The notes under the pieces: model-generated | Databases searched by the model: none | Told to the model about the DNA's origin: nothing | The model's input: the letters and a program-made list of their open reading frames with translations, nothing else | Made by a program: the position numbers and the translations under genes | Shown here: positions 11,559 to 23,023 of the stretch, in pieces | Position numbering within the stretch: position 1 is the first letter of the stretch | Layout: each line of letters opens with the position of its first letter | Assembly (NCBI RefSeq): GCF_006345805.1 | Contig: NC_043001.1 | Location: 98,890,001-98,954,000, forward strand | Origin: Octopus sinensis | Lineage: Eukaryota | Length of the DNA: 64,000 nt | Direction: 5' to 3'

Positions 11559-12004
11559 GTATATATATATATTTAATTATATATATATATATATATATAT
11601 ACTCTCTCTCTTTCTCTCTGTGTATATATATATATCAACAAGCACATGTCAACTGCTACATACAGCAAACACACACACATTAGCCTCACATATACACATG
11701 TCCATACACATACTCAGACATCCATACACACACACACAGTTGCCCACACATACATACTCACAAACTAGCCCCTATTCTACATACACATTCACACACACCA
11801 TTATGAGATATACACACGTGCTAGCGCACCTTAGTTTGTTGTGGTCACCATTACTGCTGTTGTTCTTGTTGTTATCATCGTTATCATCATCATCATCATC
11901 ATCATCATCACCATCATCATCATCATCTCCTCCATTCATTCAGTCTCTTTTTTTCCAGTTATCTGGAACACACACATGCACACACACACACATATATATA
12001 CACA

Positions 12005-12500
12005 TTTAATGTCTGTTTTCCATTCTGATATGGGTTGGATGGTTTGACAGGTGGTGGCTAGGCTTCATATCTGTTTTGACATAGTTTCTAGGCTAGATGC
12101 CCATCGTAATGCCAACTACATTCTAAAGTGTACTGCTTCCATACCTGAAATTTCTTCTCTAGTTCTGCTAGTGACTCAGCAAGGTCATCAGTGTAGATAA
12201 GTTCGCAAAGGCAGCCAATCATAAATTCCTCTGTTATAGCCTGGAGGACTATGATAATCAAGAAGGGACTGAGAACCAATCCCTAGTGAAATCCTGCTTG
12301 CACTCTAAATTCTTTGCTATACTCATTGGCAACTTTCACTTTTCTGACAAGGTCTCTGTACATGGCTTTTACAGCTCTCACCAACCATTTATCTATCCCT
12401 AGCTTCCACATTGCCCTTCGGATAAGAGAACGGGGTACCCTGTCAAAAGCTTCCTCCACGTCAACAAAAGCCAGATACAGAGGTTTATTTTTGGCCAAGT
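12005..12500 (-). mobile_element. Internally deleted RTE-clade LINE fragment (RT core joined to 3' tail)
   Basis: ORF pieces KPLYLAFVDVEEAFDRVPR, GLVLSPFLIIIVLQAITEEF, LIYTDDL, followed by the same 3' tail seen at 16008-16146. Confidence 0.8.
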
Positions 12501-12653
12501 ACTCCTGCTATTACCTCACCAGGAAGATGACAGTAGTGCTTCTTCCTGACACAAAACCAAACTGTCTCTTTTAGGCTAACTCTCTTCCTATTAATTGAGC
12601 TGTGGTCCACCAGGTCCAGCAATTTGATGCCTCTGTAATATACATACTTGTGT

Positions 12654-12691
<38 letters not shown>

Positions 12692-12695
<4 letters not shown>

Positions 12696-14446
12696 CATTA
12701 ATCAACACATACCAAGAAGGACTCACGAACAAGGAGTATGAATACATCACTAACTTCAAATGCAAATCGAGTTTGTTCTATGGTATCCCTAAGGTACACA
12801 AAAGCCAAACCATTAGAGAAACGTGCAAAACATCCACCGACACACTCATCAAAATCCCTTCACCAAATGATTTTAAACTAAGACCGATAATAGCAGGACC
12901 AGCATGTGAAACTCACCGCCTCAGCAATTTCTTAGACACACTCCTTAAACCTTTCCTAAAACACATCAAAAGCTACGCAAGAGACGATATAAATATGCTC
13001 AACCACCTCCCTAAAACAGTCAATGAGAAAACCCTTCTAGTATCATTCGACGTAGTTAATCTTTATTCTAACATCCCTCACAACCTAGGAATAGAAGCGA
13101 TCACCTTCTGGCTGAATAACTACCCCCTTGAACTCCCAACTCGCATAAACAAAGACCTTATAATAGAAGGACTTAGATTCATTTTAGAGAACAATTATTT
13201 TATTTTTGACAATGATTTCTACAGGCAAAGATCGGGAACAGCGATGGGCACGCGTACTGCACCATCTTTTGCCAACCTAGTGATGGGATACCTCGAGAAA
13301 ATTCTATACCGGATGACACTCGAGAAATATGGAAACACCTTCGCCACCTATATCCATAACAACTGGAAAAGATACCTCGATGACTGTTTCATCATCTGGG
13401 ACAAAGGTATAGAGAAACTTGAGGAATTTAAAATACTATTAAATGGAATAAATGACAATATACAATTCACGATGGACCACAACGAAAAAGAATTACCATT
13501 TTTAGACATCCTCATTAAGAAAACCGGCAACAAAATAGAGACAGATATCTACTATAAACCGACAGACTCTAAACAGTACCTACCCTTTGATTCATGCCAC
13601 CCACAACACACTAGAATGAATGTCCCTTTTTGTTTAGCTAGAAGGATTTGCACCATAATATTAGACACAAACACCCGACACACACGTCTCCAGGAACTTA
13701 GAACCACACTCGCAAATAGAAACTATCCACAGCCCCTAATAGACAGTGCAATCCAACGGGTACTTAAATTAAGTATAGAAGACCTGAGACAAACAAAACC
13801 AAAAAAGAAAGAACAATTAAAAACCCTTCCCTACATTTCTACACACAACCCACTCAACAATGAGGCCTTCAACACCATACTACAAAGCACAGCCCTACTA
13901 AAGGGAGACCCAAAGATGAACCGGATCCTCGAAACACACACCATCATTAAAAGTAAACGGCAACCAAAATCCTTGAAAAGGATCTTAACCCAAGCTACAC
14001 TGCACTCAACATCAACCACAAAACCAGCAGTTAGAAAATGTGGAAGGCCCAACTGCGGAATCTGTGTCATCTTGAAAGAAGGATCAGAATTTATACTGGA
14101 ACAAGGCCACCAGTTCACCATTAGAACAAACTTCACCTGCGCATCAGAAAACTTAATTTATGTCATAACATGCGCAGGCTGCAATAGGCAGTATATAGGC
14201 CATACAAAAAATAGCTTACGTAACAGGATGGCGGTGCATAAATCACAAATTAGAAACCCTGATTACCGCAAAATACCGGTCAGCGGACACATAGATAGAT
14301 GTGCTGGAAATGTAAATCCGAAATTTACAACTAACCCGCTCTATAAATTCAGTGACAACGCAACCTTCACACAACGCCAAAATAAAGAACTATATTTCAT
14401 AAAAAAATTTAGACCAAGTTTAAACACCCTGGGCCAGGTATACTAA
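12692..14446 (+). CDS. PLE reverse transcriptase / GIY-YIG endonuclease (N-terminally truncated, no internal stops)
   Basis: FYGIPKVHK, LRPIIAGP, SFDVVNLYSNIP, GTAMGT, RYLDDCF, LPFLDI, YYKPTD; Cys linker CGRPNCGIC (Neptune-like); LIYVITC...QYIGHT, RMAVHKSQI. The ORF's nominal start at 12602 lies in flanking microsatellite. Confidence 0.92.
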
Positions 14447-14617
14447 AACAAAAGATAAGTCCTCCGAAAAGAAGAAGCAAAATTCCACCACGACCGCTAC
14501 TTCAAACAGACACTCACTCTGACGGAAATATACCCAAGTAAAAAAAAGGGAAAAAAATTCTTTCATGCAAATCTGACCCTGATACATACGATACAGCTAT
14601 GGGTCAGACCCGATTCT

Positions 14618-15105
14618 GATTGGTCAACAAGTTGATGACGTCTAGCTCAGCTAGAATGGACAGGATACAAACGGGGGACAGTCATTAGTCAGAATATTGA
14701 TGACGTCCTTTTCTGCTTGAATAGTCACCTAACAAGTACAGACAGGGTGCAGATCTAATGTAGCTATAAGTCGTGATTGGGCAGAATCTGCATGACGTCC
14801 CGTTCTGCTTGACTAACGAAGCGACTGGTCAGGACAGGAAACAAACAAGAGGCAGTTATAATGCAGCGATTGGTCAAAATAATGATGACGTCCCGTTCTA
14901 CTTGACTAACGAAGCGACTGGTCAAAACAGGAAAACAAACAAGAGGAAGTTATAATGCAGCGATTGGTCAAAATAATGATGACGTCCCGTTAAAGCCACC
15001 TAACGAAACGTTGATGACGTTGGTCGAAACGTTGATGACGTCACACTACGCTGAATTGACCACCTAACAGGCATTATAAAACCGAACACTTCACAAAAAC
15101 TCATT
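14618..15105 (+). promoter_or_regulatory. Promoter-like array in PLE 3' region: 5x ATTGG-N12-TGACGTC, 2 extra TGACGT, TATAAAA
   Basis: Composite units at 14618, 14683 (ATTAG variant), 14775, 14868 and 14962. TATAAAA at 15075-15081; TCATT at 15101; CCACCATGG at 15125-15133; donor AG|GTAAAA at 15152/15153. Confidence 0.6.
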
Positions 15106-15404
15106 AGAACCACCCAGCGAACATCCACCATGGGTCATCACATTTGCTTAAGGTAAAAATGAATTCCTCGCTCTTTCGGAAACATCAATCTTCTGTATTG
15201 ACCGCTTTCCATCACTTTGATCTGTTTTTTGTATTGAATACGTATCGCCACCGTGGGCCACTGCATCGAACACTTTGAACATATACTTCAAACTATATAT
15301 CAACTATACATGAACTATATATCAACTATACATGAACTCTAAGATGTCTGACTCCGTTGTGTATTATAAATGAATTTCTTGTGTTTGACGGCATGAGCTG
15401 TCTT

Positions 15405-15477
15405 TTTTTATATATAACTTTTTTTGATAAAGTTCATTTCAGGAACTGAAACATGTTATAATGTATATATATAAAAA
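15405..15477 (+). ncRNA. Decayed hammerhead-like motif in the PLE pseudo-LTR
   Basis: C(T)7GATAA (from CTGATGA), stem II AGTTC/GAACT, GAAA at 15448, stem III ACAT/ATGT, GUA triplet, AT-rich stem I. Confidence 0.45.
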
Positions 15478-15521
15478 TTAAAAATTGTATAATACAGCAG
15501 CATTTTCGAACTTCATTTTTT

Positions 15522-15557
<36 letters not shown>

Positions 15558-15560
<3 letters not shown>

Positions 15561-16143
15561 GTCTCACCAAGGAAATGACTAGAGACCGAGACCTATAGAA
15601 GTATGCTGTGCGTGAGAAGACCCGGCAAGACTAGTGAGGCCATAACCCATGGCCTCTACCTGGGACGTAGTCAGTCCACCTGTGCATACCTTCCTTCTTG
15701 TGACACTTGTGAAGACGTGTTGAGGCAAGTGAAAATCAAACCAAATCAAAATAGATGAACATCAATGGAATTTGTATCTTTGTGGCACATAAGAAAACCA
15801 TCCGAACGTGGCCGTAGCCAGTACCGCATCGACTGGCCTCTGTGCTGTGGGCACGTAACAAACACCATCCGATCGTGGCCGTTCGCCAGCCTCGTCTGGC
15901 ACCTGTGTCGGTGGCACATAAAAAACACCATCCGAGTGTGGCCGTCTGCCAGCCTCGTCTGGCACCTGTGTCGGTGGCACATAAAAACACCCACTACACT
16001 CTCGGAGTGGTTGGCGTTAGGAAGGGCATCCAGCTGTAGAAACACTGCCAGATCTGACTGGCCTGGTGCAGCCTTCAGGCTCCCCAGACCCCAGTTGAAC
16101 CGTCCAACCCATGCTAGCATGGAAAGCGGACGTTAAACGATGA

Positions 16144-16146
<3 letters not shown>
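15558..16146 (+). mobile_element. RTE LINE 3' end (ORF tail, 3' UTR with ~63 bp tandem repeats, (GAT)n tail)
   Basis: GLTKEMTRDRDL...REKTRQ matches the end of the RTE ORF at 54600-55200. Three plus units of GTGGCACATAAAAAACACCATCCG... at 15782-15990. Confidence 0.8.
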
Positions 16147-16188
<42 letters not shown>

Positions 16189-16405
16189 TGTCTTCAAAGC
16201 AAAACTGGATCTCTTCCTGTCAAGGATTCTGGATGAGCCTATCTCATGGCAGAATACACAGATGCGGTCAGAATCGTAAGACTCCCTCCTTCACTAAATG
16301 CCTCATATCAAAGGGGGTTTCAAATAGTGAAAATGTTGTAAAACTCGTGGTGGTGTCTCAGCATGACCACAGTTTTTGAGCTGAAATTAGTTAAAGATTT
16401 AAAGA

Positions 16406-16437
<32 letters not shown>

Positions 16438-16494
16438 TCTTTAAATCTTTAACTTTTGCTTTCAACATGTGATCTCTTAAGCACCACCAGCTCA

Positions 16495-16690
16495 AATATT
16501 TTCTCCTCTGTCTTCCCTCCTTGGGATCTTTCCTTCTCCTTGTTTCCGACGAAGAGCTCCGCTCGAAACGTTAAACCCTCCTTCCCTTCTTTCCTGAGCG
16601 TCAATAATACTTTAATTGTTCCACGTCCTGCGTTGCTGTGTTTTTTTCTCTTTTTTTTCTCTTTTTTTCTGTGTTTTCTTGTTTGGATTA

Positions 16691-16695
<5 letters not shown>
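16495..16695 (+). mobile_element. Short PLE pLTR-like repeat bounded by (TA)n downstream, with hammerhead-like motif at 16542-16576 (sister copy ~26595-26775)
   Basis: GTTT-CCGACGA-A-GAGC-TCC-GCTC-GAAA-CG-TT-AAAC; flanks align with 26600-26775. Confidence 0.6.
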
Positions 16696-16728
<33 letters not shown>

Positions 16729-17902
16729 ACAGTGTGTTTGGTGTTAGAAGGGGGCATCCAGCCATAAAAACCCTGCCAAAACAGATACTGGAGCCTGGTG
16801 CAGTCTTCTGCCTAGCCATCTCCTGTCAAATCATCCAACCCACGTTAGCATGGAAAGCAGATGTTAAGCAAATTTGTTCATGTGTGATGAACCAGTTACA
16901 AACACTAATGTCTTTTACTGTCCTCTTGTTAACTTCAGCTATACTGTCCCATTTTTTTTAATTGAATTCCTCCCTTCCTCTAGTTTTTCTGCTCCTTTCT
17001 CTTCCAAATCTTTACCTCTTCCTCTTTCTTCTTTATCCTTCTCCCTTATACTGATGCTTATCTTCATTTCCTGCCCCCATACTTGTACTATTCCTACAGT
17101 GTTTTGCCTATCAATGGGCCTAATGAGAAAGCCTATCAATAACGAACCTACTAATGGCTACTGGAAACAGCTGTAAGTTAAATTTACAACAATAAAGAAA
17201 AATATGTAATGACCATTATTTATGCCTTGTCTTTTATATCATTCTGTGTAAAATCAGTATAACTGGAGCACAAACATGGATTTACAATATACAATAGTGA
17301 TGAACTATAACCTCAGACCCTGCCACAAGATCACACAGAGTTCTTTACTAATCTCAGCAATATTGTTAGCTTAATGTACTAACAGAGTTTATAAAGTATT
17401 TTGCCCAAAATGATAATCCCCCCACAAACAATATATATATATATTATTTCAGAGGCAAGGAAAAGTAAATGAACAAAAAAACATTATGCCCCTTGTTCCA
17501 TTAGTTGGAACCGAACCAGCACTCCAGTTGTTCAGACAATGGTATTTCCTTTGTCCTGTCAAAGACCACGATTATTAATGGTCGAAGGCAGTGAACTATG
17601 GCCCCCACACAGTTATGGAAAGTTTTAAAAAATTGAAATGCTGGGACAACGTTATAAATATGGCTAGCATTAAGTTAGTTGGTCAGTCAGCGAGAAACCA
17701 TGAGAGGGTCAGTGTGAGCGGAGCGGACAAGGGAATGAGCTAGAGATGGTGGAGTCGGTGAGAGGCAGCCACAAAGATGACAGCCAGGATCTAGAGAGAG
17801 ACAGACAGTGAGTGGGCAAGAGACAGGACGAGAGGTAGTAAGGAAGATGACAGTGAAGGGGCAGAGAGAGACATAAAGAAGCCGGACTACTATAGTGGGG
17901 GT

Positions 17903-18575
17903 TGTGATGTTCAGGGAGTGTTGCAGGCGTGGAACATGCGGTAATGTTTTTTATTTGTGTTTTGAATTTCGATGTTCAAATAGAGTCGATGTGTTGTTGT
18001 TTTTAGAAAAAAGCAGTAGAAACTTTGAGAACTGTCGTGTAAAAAAAAAAAAAAGCGTGTTGTTGGCTGTTTTTAAGAGAAAAGAAAAGAAAGAAAAAAA
18101 AGAACTTGGAAATGTTTTAAAAAGGAGAAGGAAACTTTTTGATTGTGTTAAATGTAAAATGATGTGTCTTGGAAAAGAAAATCGAACAGTATTGTGTCAA
18201 ATGTTCAATGATTTGTTTTTCAAACTCTGTCTTACGTTTAAATGCAATTGATTGTTCTTCGAACTCTGTATTATGTTTAAATGCAAATGATTGTTCTTCG
18301 AACTCATGTTTAAATGCAAATGATTGTTCTTCGAACTCCGTACATGATTTGTCAACCTTTGTTTTGGAATGCTTTGATTTTGTTTTGAAAAAAAAAAGCT
18401 AAATTACGCAACTTCCGCTGTCTCTTTCTTTTGTTGTGGTTGTGTTGGTTCCTGGCTGTGTTTGCCACCTTCCCCTCCTTTCCGTGGTGGATTTCCGGTT
18501 TACTGAGTGTCGCTGTCGCAACTTAGGGCTCATGATGGAATCGGAAGGCCCTGGGCCCTTAGTGGCGGTGTAACA
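17903..18575 (+). mobile_element. Possible LTR (TG...CA) preceded by a purine-rich tract; copy A specific region
   Basis: AGTGGGGG directly before TGTGATG; ends GGTGTAACA; GC-richer than the flanks. No clear TSD and no internal coding sequence seen. Confidence 0.3.
18235..18340. repeat. 3 tandem copies of TTTAAATGCAA(A)T(T)GATTGTTCTTCGAACTC
   Basis: Direct repeats with a 33-40 bp period. Confidence 0.8.
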
Positions 18576-18589
18576 ATATATATATAGGT

Positions 18590-20390
18590 GCAACTTTGGC
18601 ATGTGGTCTACAAGGGAGATTACTTGGGGTTACTTTTAAATTATTTTGTACATACTTGGCATTGTAAATGTATTTAATCAAATTCTTACTATTTTAATAA
18701 TAAGAAAATCATATAATAATTAAAATAAGTGTGTAAACCACCCACCAAAGTAAATTTGCTCTTGGAGATAACACGGAAAATAGCACTAGCACAAAGTAAA
18801 CTAAAAAGTAACCTAAAGTAATCTCCCTTTAAATTGTAGATCCCACGCTCAAGTGGCACCTTTTTTTCTCTTACTAAATGATGTGAATTTAGTGCTGATT
18901 TCTTGTAAAAATGCAACTGCTTTCATCTTGCCATTGATCACATTGTAAAAATCTTTTGCCAACATCTTACAATCAACATTGTCCCATTGCATAAATATCT
19001 TAGAAGCCTAAATAGGACCCTTACCTTCATAAAAATTCTACATGGAGGAATTCGGAATTCCAGGTGGCTCAGGAGAATCAAGGAACTTTGTTGGGTAATG
19101 GACAGCTTGATTTTCATCAAGGACTGAATCAACTGATTTGCACTCTTTAATGATTGTTGGGATCTTATTTGTTAATCCTTGCAACTGTTTCATTTTTTTG
19201 AGCAAGAATTGCCCTTTCACACAACCATTTATGAGAACTACAATTATTACTTAAGTCTGGAAATACCCTGTTCTTCAATTCAGCTAGGGAATTCACCATG
19301 ATAGCAATATGAGCCAAGCTGATATCACCATTCCTATCAAATGGTACTTTCCCATTTCCTAATTGGAGGAGCCAGGTTGAAAATTGTTCTACACATTGGT
19401 CCCCATGTAATAACGCTCACACATTAGTATTGAAGGAGAATTTTTGTATTTTATTCCATAGGTGCAAAGACTTAATGCATGCTTTTATTTCATCAAATCT
19501 TCTTCGCCTTGGAATGTCTGGTAATGTCTCTCTGAAGTCTTAAAATAATAATAATAATAATTGTGTACAGTGCTCAGGTGCACTACAACTCATCTAAAGT
19601 GTATATATAATCAGGTGTAGTTTCGGCGGATTTCGGAAAGCATGAGGGCCTTAAAAGATGCAGTGTCATGGCAGTCAACAACTGACGCAGGCAGTTTATT
19701 CCATGCTTCAGCAACTCTGAGCGTGAAACAATGTTTCCGAAAGTCATGGGAGCTGTATTGTTTTCTGACTTTGTAGGCATGTCCACGTGTGTTAGACACA
19801 TGGAGATCAAAAAGGTGTTCAGTGTTGTTGTTGGTGAGGTGGTTGATAACTTTGTGGGTGTTTACCAAGTCCGTCGCCAAACGCCGGAGCTTCAGTGAAT
19901 CCATGCCCAGGGAAACAAGGCGCTCAGAATATGGTAGGTGTCTGATGGAGGGTATGCGTTTGGTTGCACGTCGAAACTCATGTAACTCCCTCCATAGATT
20001 TATTGTTGCCTCTGATGTCCTGTAAGATCTTACCAAGAGCTTCCACTGCACCTCTATGTGACATGGTGCATTCATCCCAAATGATAAGGTGGCATTGGCA
20101 CAACACTTTTGGTGAACTTGAATCTTTTCTTATGTTACAAAATGGACTGTCATTTGTGACCTGGTTTAGCAGTAATTTAGAAGCAGAATGGGCTGTTCAC
20201 CCTCCTGAGAGGAATAGTGGCAGAAAAGCCAAACAATCCTACAGCAACTGCAATTCTTTTTTCTTGCCTTACCTTGGAGAGAAGCAATGTTGTTACAAAT
20301 GTTTTACCTGTGCCATCAGGAGCATCAAAAAGGAAAATTCCTCTGCTTTTTTCTGGTGATTGTGGAACACCGTATGCACACACATAAACA
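18590..20390 (-). mobile_element. Helitron Pif1-type helicase pseudogene fragment (copy A)
   Basis: LFDAPDGTGKTFVTTLLLSKVR, IIWDECTM, LQLGNGKVP, LNKIVLAQKNETV, KFLDSPEPPGIP across frameshifts and stops. Confidence 0.85.
19541..19972 (-). mobile_element. CR1-like LINE 3' end inserted into the Helitron remnant (copy A only)
   Basis: RRATKRIPSIRHLPYSERL...TRGHAYK...WNKLPASVV; (TAA)n tail. Copy B has the empty site GAAGTCTT-CTGAT-GAAACTC. Confidence 0.85.
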
Positions 20391-21489
20391 CAGACACATA
20401 TACATACAGTATCAAACATGAGATGAAATGGACATGTGTGTGTGAGTGATAGAGAGCACGAATGAAGGGGTATGTTGTCATGTATACATACATAAATAAG
20501 CATACATATTTTTTGTATGTATGTGTGCATGTGAGAGAGCGAATGCCACTTAGACATCACTCACTCTCTCTTATGCACACATACATGAAAAAAAGATGTA
20601 TGCTTATGTATTCATGTAAGTACACATACATGACAACACATCCCTTCACTCTCTCTCTCTCACACACACACATACATAAATGTATACCAACATACATACG
20701 AAAACACGTGTGTGTGTGCGACTGACTACAAATACAAAGAGCTGAACATCACACACAAAAAGTAAATAAATTTTACGGACATTAATGAAGTGTGCAGGTT
20801 CAAGTGAAAGAATGCCCATATTTTTTTTTGGGACGACTCGTGTTGAATTGCAAATTTTAATGTGATATTTGTGTAATAATGAAATCAAACCTGGAGTGTG
20901 TGTGTGAGTGAGAAAGAGAGGGGGAGAGAACATTGCAAACAATGAATGAAATAAGCATAAAATGAAAAAAATTGTCTCAATAATAATACATTAAAAATCT
21001 CTCGTATGAAATATTTGAATTTGTGAACTTAGTAAATATTTGTTTCAGTAATTTATTGTAGTTGTTTCGAAAGAGTAAATTAAAATGGAAAATTTCACAG
21101 TTGCTATGTCAAAACTGGAAGTTGACGTTGAGAAACCTTTTTAAAGAAGTGAATCATAAATATAAAGCAATATTTATTTTTAATGGAAAAATAAACTGAT
21201 GACCCTATTACGTATCCAAGTTTAAATTACTCATGCATCCCAAGTTTTCTCAGGAAAAGCGAAAATACATATACGCCTTGATTGTTGGCCTATTTTGTGT
21301 GTGAGGAAGTTTGACAGCACTGCTCTTATCTGTACCATACTGAGCTGTTGGTTTCAGCCGGTATTGTAAAGAGAAGAGTGTCTAGTTGTTTTTTGAACAC
21401 ATCCACATCCACATCATGTAGGGTTCTTAATTTTTGTAGCAGAGCATTGAAGAGCTGTGGGCTTTCAAACCCTAAGCTATTGCAGTGCC

Positions 21490-21860
21490 TGGTCCTGAAT
21501 TTAGATGGAGTGGATGGTATCTTTGGTACAGTATAACAGCATCCAGTTCAGGTATTTGTGTAACACTCAATGCCAAAATTAGGTACTAGTCCATCCAGAA
21601 TTTTTCATATGTAAATTATTACAGATCTGTCATGTCTTTGTCTCAATGAGTAAAGACATAGTTTTTTCGGCCTCTCCCAGTAGCTCATCTGCTGCACTGT
21701 TACAATTTTTCTAGTGTAGTAACATTGGACTGCTTCAAGCTCTGCTGTTAGTTTGGCACTAAGTGGTGACCATAACAGAACAGTAATCCAGGTGGCAAAA
21801 AACAAAGATCCTCCACAGGGTCAACATAACTTCTTGAAGGACCTTAGTAATCATCCTGCT
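21490..21860 (-). mobile_element. Degenerate CR1/L2-like LINE fragment
   Basis: LWSPLSAKLTAELEAVQCYYTRKI...SYWERPKKLCLYSLRQRHDR, typical of the RT C-terminal region. Confidence 0.65.
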
Positions 21861-22034
21861 AGTTGACTGCACTTTATTGCCATCTTGGTAATGTGCATAT
21901 GAAATGCTGCATCATTACACATACTGATCCCCAAGTCATTATATATACTATAAAATGATTATATCAGTGGCCTAGGACTGAAAAATGACCATATAGGCAA
22001 CATTATTTTTTTTTTACATATATAATTATAAAGA

Positions 22035-22870
22035 TTAGCAAGGATATCCAGCGTTGCTCGGGATTAAAATGGCATAGTTTGTGTATAATATATTTCAGTT
22101 ATGTTGAAACAGGTGGTATGGGAAAGTGCAGCATTGACAACAAAATATTTAAGGAGTAAATGATGGGCTAATTCAACTAAGCAGCATGCTATGCATCTGT
22201 TTGGAGTATTTCAGGCCCTAACCTGTCATGGAAAATTGGGGGTGGGGGTCATGTAATTTTTGAACGCACCAAAAAGCTGTCAGTGGATATACTGTCTTTT
22301 GCAGCAGTTGGCACTGTGTCTAACACGGCCCATCATCTGAAATTTTGACACCTCCTTCAGGTTTGTTGTCCTACATCACTCATTAAGTAAATTTAGAGGA
22401 ACTGTGGTTGTTCATTTGTGGGTAACAGGGAACCAATGAGGTAATAGACTTGCCCTTGAACTTTGATGCCGGCATAAATTCATGTTTAACTATCTTCTTA
22501 GATGCAGTAAACGATGTCATTTGAAATGCAGAGTTATATTGTCTGATATTGTTCAGAAAATACTTTGACTGGATATAAGTGCCTTCTAGAGGATCCATAA
22601 AACATTGAGTAGAAGCTGGTAGTGCTGGCAAAGTTACCTGACCGCCTGAGCAGCACATATTTGTTTTATTTGAAAATTTTAAAGCTCTACAGAAACAACA
22701 ATTTATGTTTAGCATACCAGTTTGGACAGAGTTATCATTTTTATAAGAACAGGGTGGATCATACCTGAAAAGAGCTTCAGGAGTTGTGAAAAACGAATTT
22801 GTATGTAGTCTGTTTCTGAGGGCTATTCTATTGGGCCTCTGTCTAATCATTAAAACATTGATTTAATGAC
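22035..22870 (-). mobile_element. Helitron remnant: N-terminal Rep-region fragment joined to a 3' terminus
   Basis: CCFCRALKF...MCCSGGQVTLP...SKYFLNNIRQYNSAFQMTSF. The minus strand ends CCCGAGCAACGCTGG...GCTAA|T at 22035. Confidence 0.7.
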
Positions 22871-22945
22871 CCAGCATTAAGAGCTGCAACATGCATTGGC
22901 TGATCTTGAGAACATCTCATTTCACTTCTCTTTTCAGACTCTCAT

Positions 22946-23023
22946 GTAATCTCTTCAGAAACAAGTATAGAGCAAGGAGGATTGTAATCCTCCTTGCTCT
23001 ATACTTGTTTCTGAAGAGATTAC
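22946..23023. repeat. Perfect 78 bp palindrome (38 bp arms, 2 nt spacer)
   Basis: GTAATCTCTTCAGAAACAAGTATAGAGCAAGGAGGATT-GT-AATCCTCCTTGCTCTATACTTGTTTCTGAAGAGATTAC. Confidence 0.95.

Larger units (their letters stand above)
12691..15525 (+). mobile_element. 5'-truncated Penelope-like element (Neptune-type) with 3' pseudo-LTR, inserted in a (TA)n tract; absent from copy B
   Basis: (TA)n on both sides; RT plus GIY-YIG ORF; the 3' region carries a promoter-like array, TATA, splice donor and decayed hammerhead. The orthologous site in copy B (~40220-40350) is empty. Confidence 0.9.
3515..20390 (+). repeat. Segmental duplication, copy A (contains TLR-A)
   Basis: Collinear with 28155-42110 in blocks: 3757-5470/28406-30235, 6142-12640/33249-40240, 16008-16350/40349-40685, 18590-20390/40700-42110. 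Confidence 0.95.

Noticed and set aside
11518-12047. YIYI/THTH/poly-S/poly-I/poly-L ORFs here and at 26642-26995, 27895-28255, 38830-39371
   Set aside because: These are translations of microsatellites.
15782-15990. Regular ~63 bp repeats that could suggest a CRISPR array
   Set aside because: The context is eukaryotic, there are no unique spacers, and they are part of an RTE LINE 3' UTR. The PLE 93-bp repeats were rejected on similar grounds.
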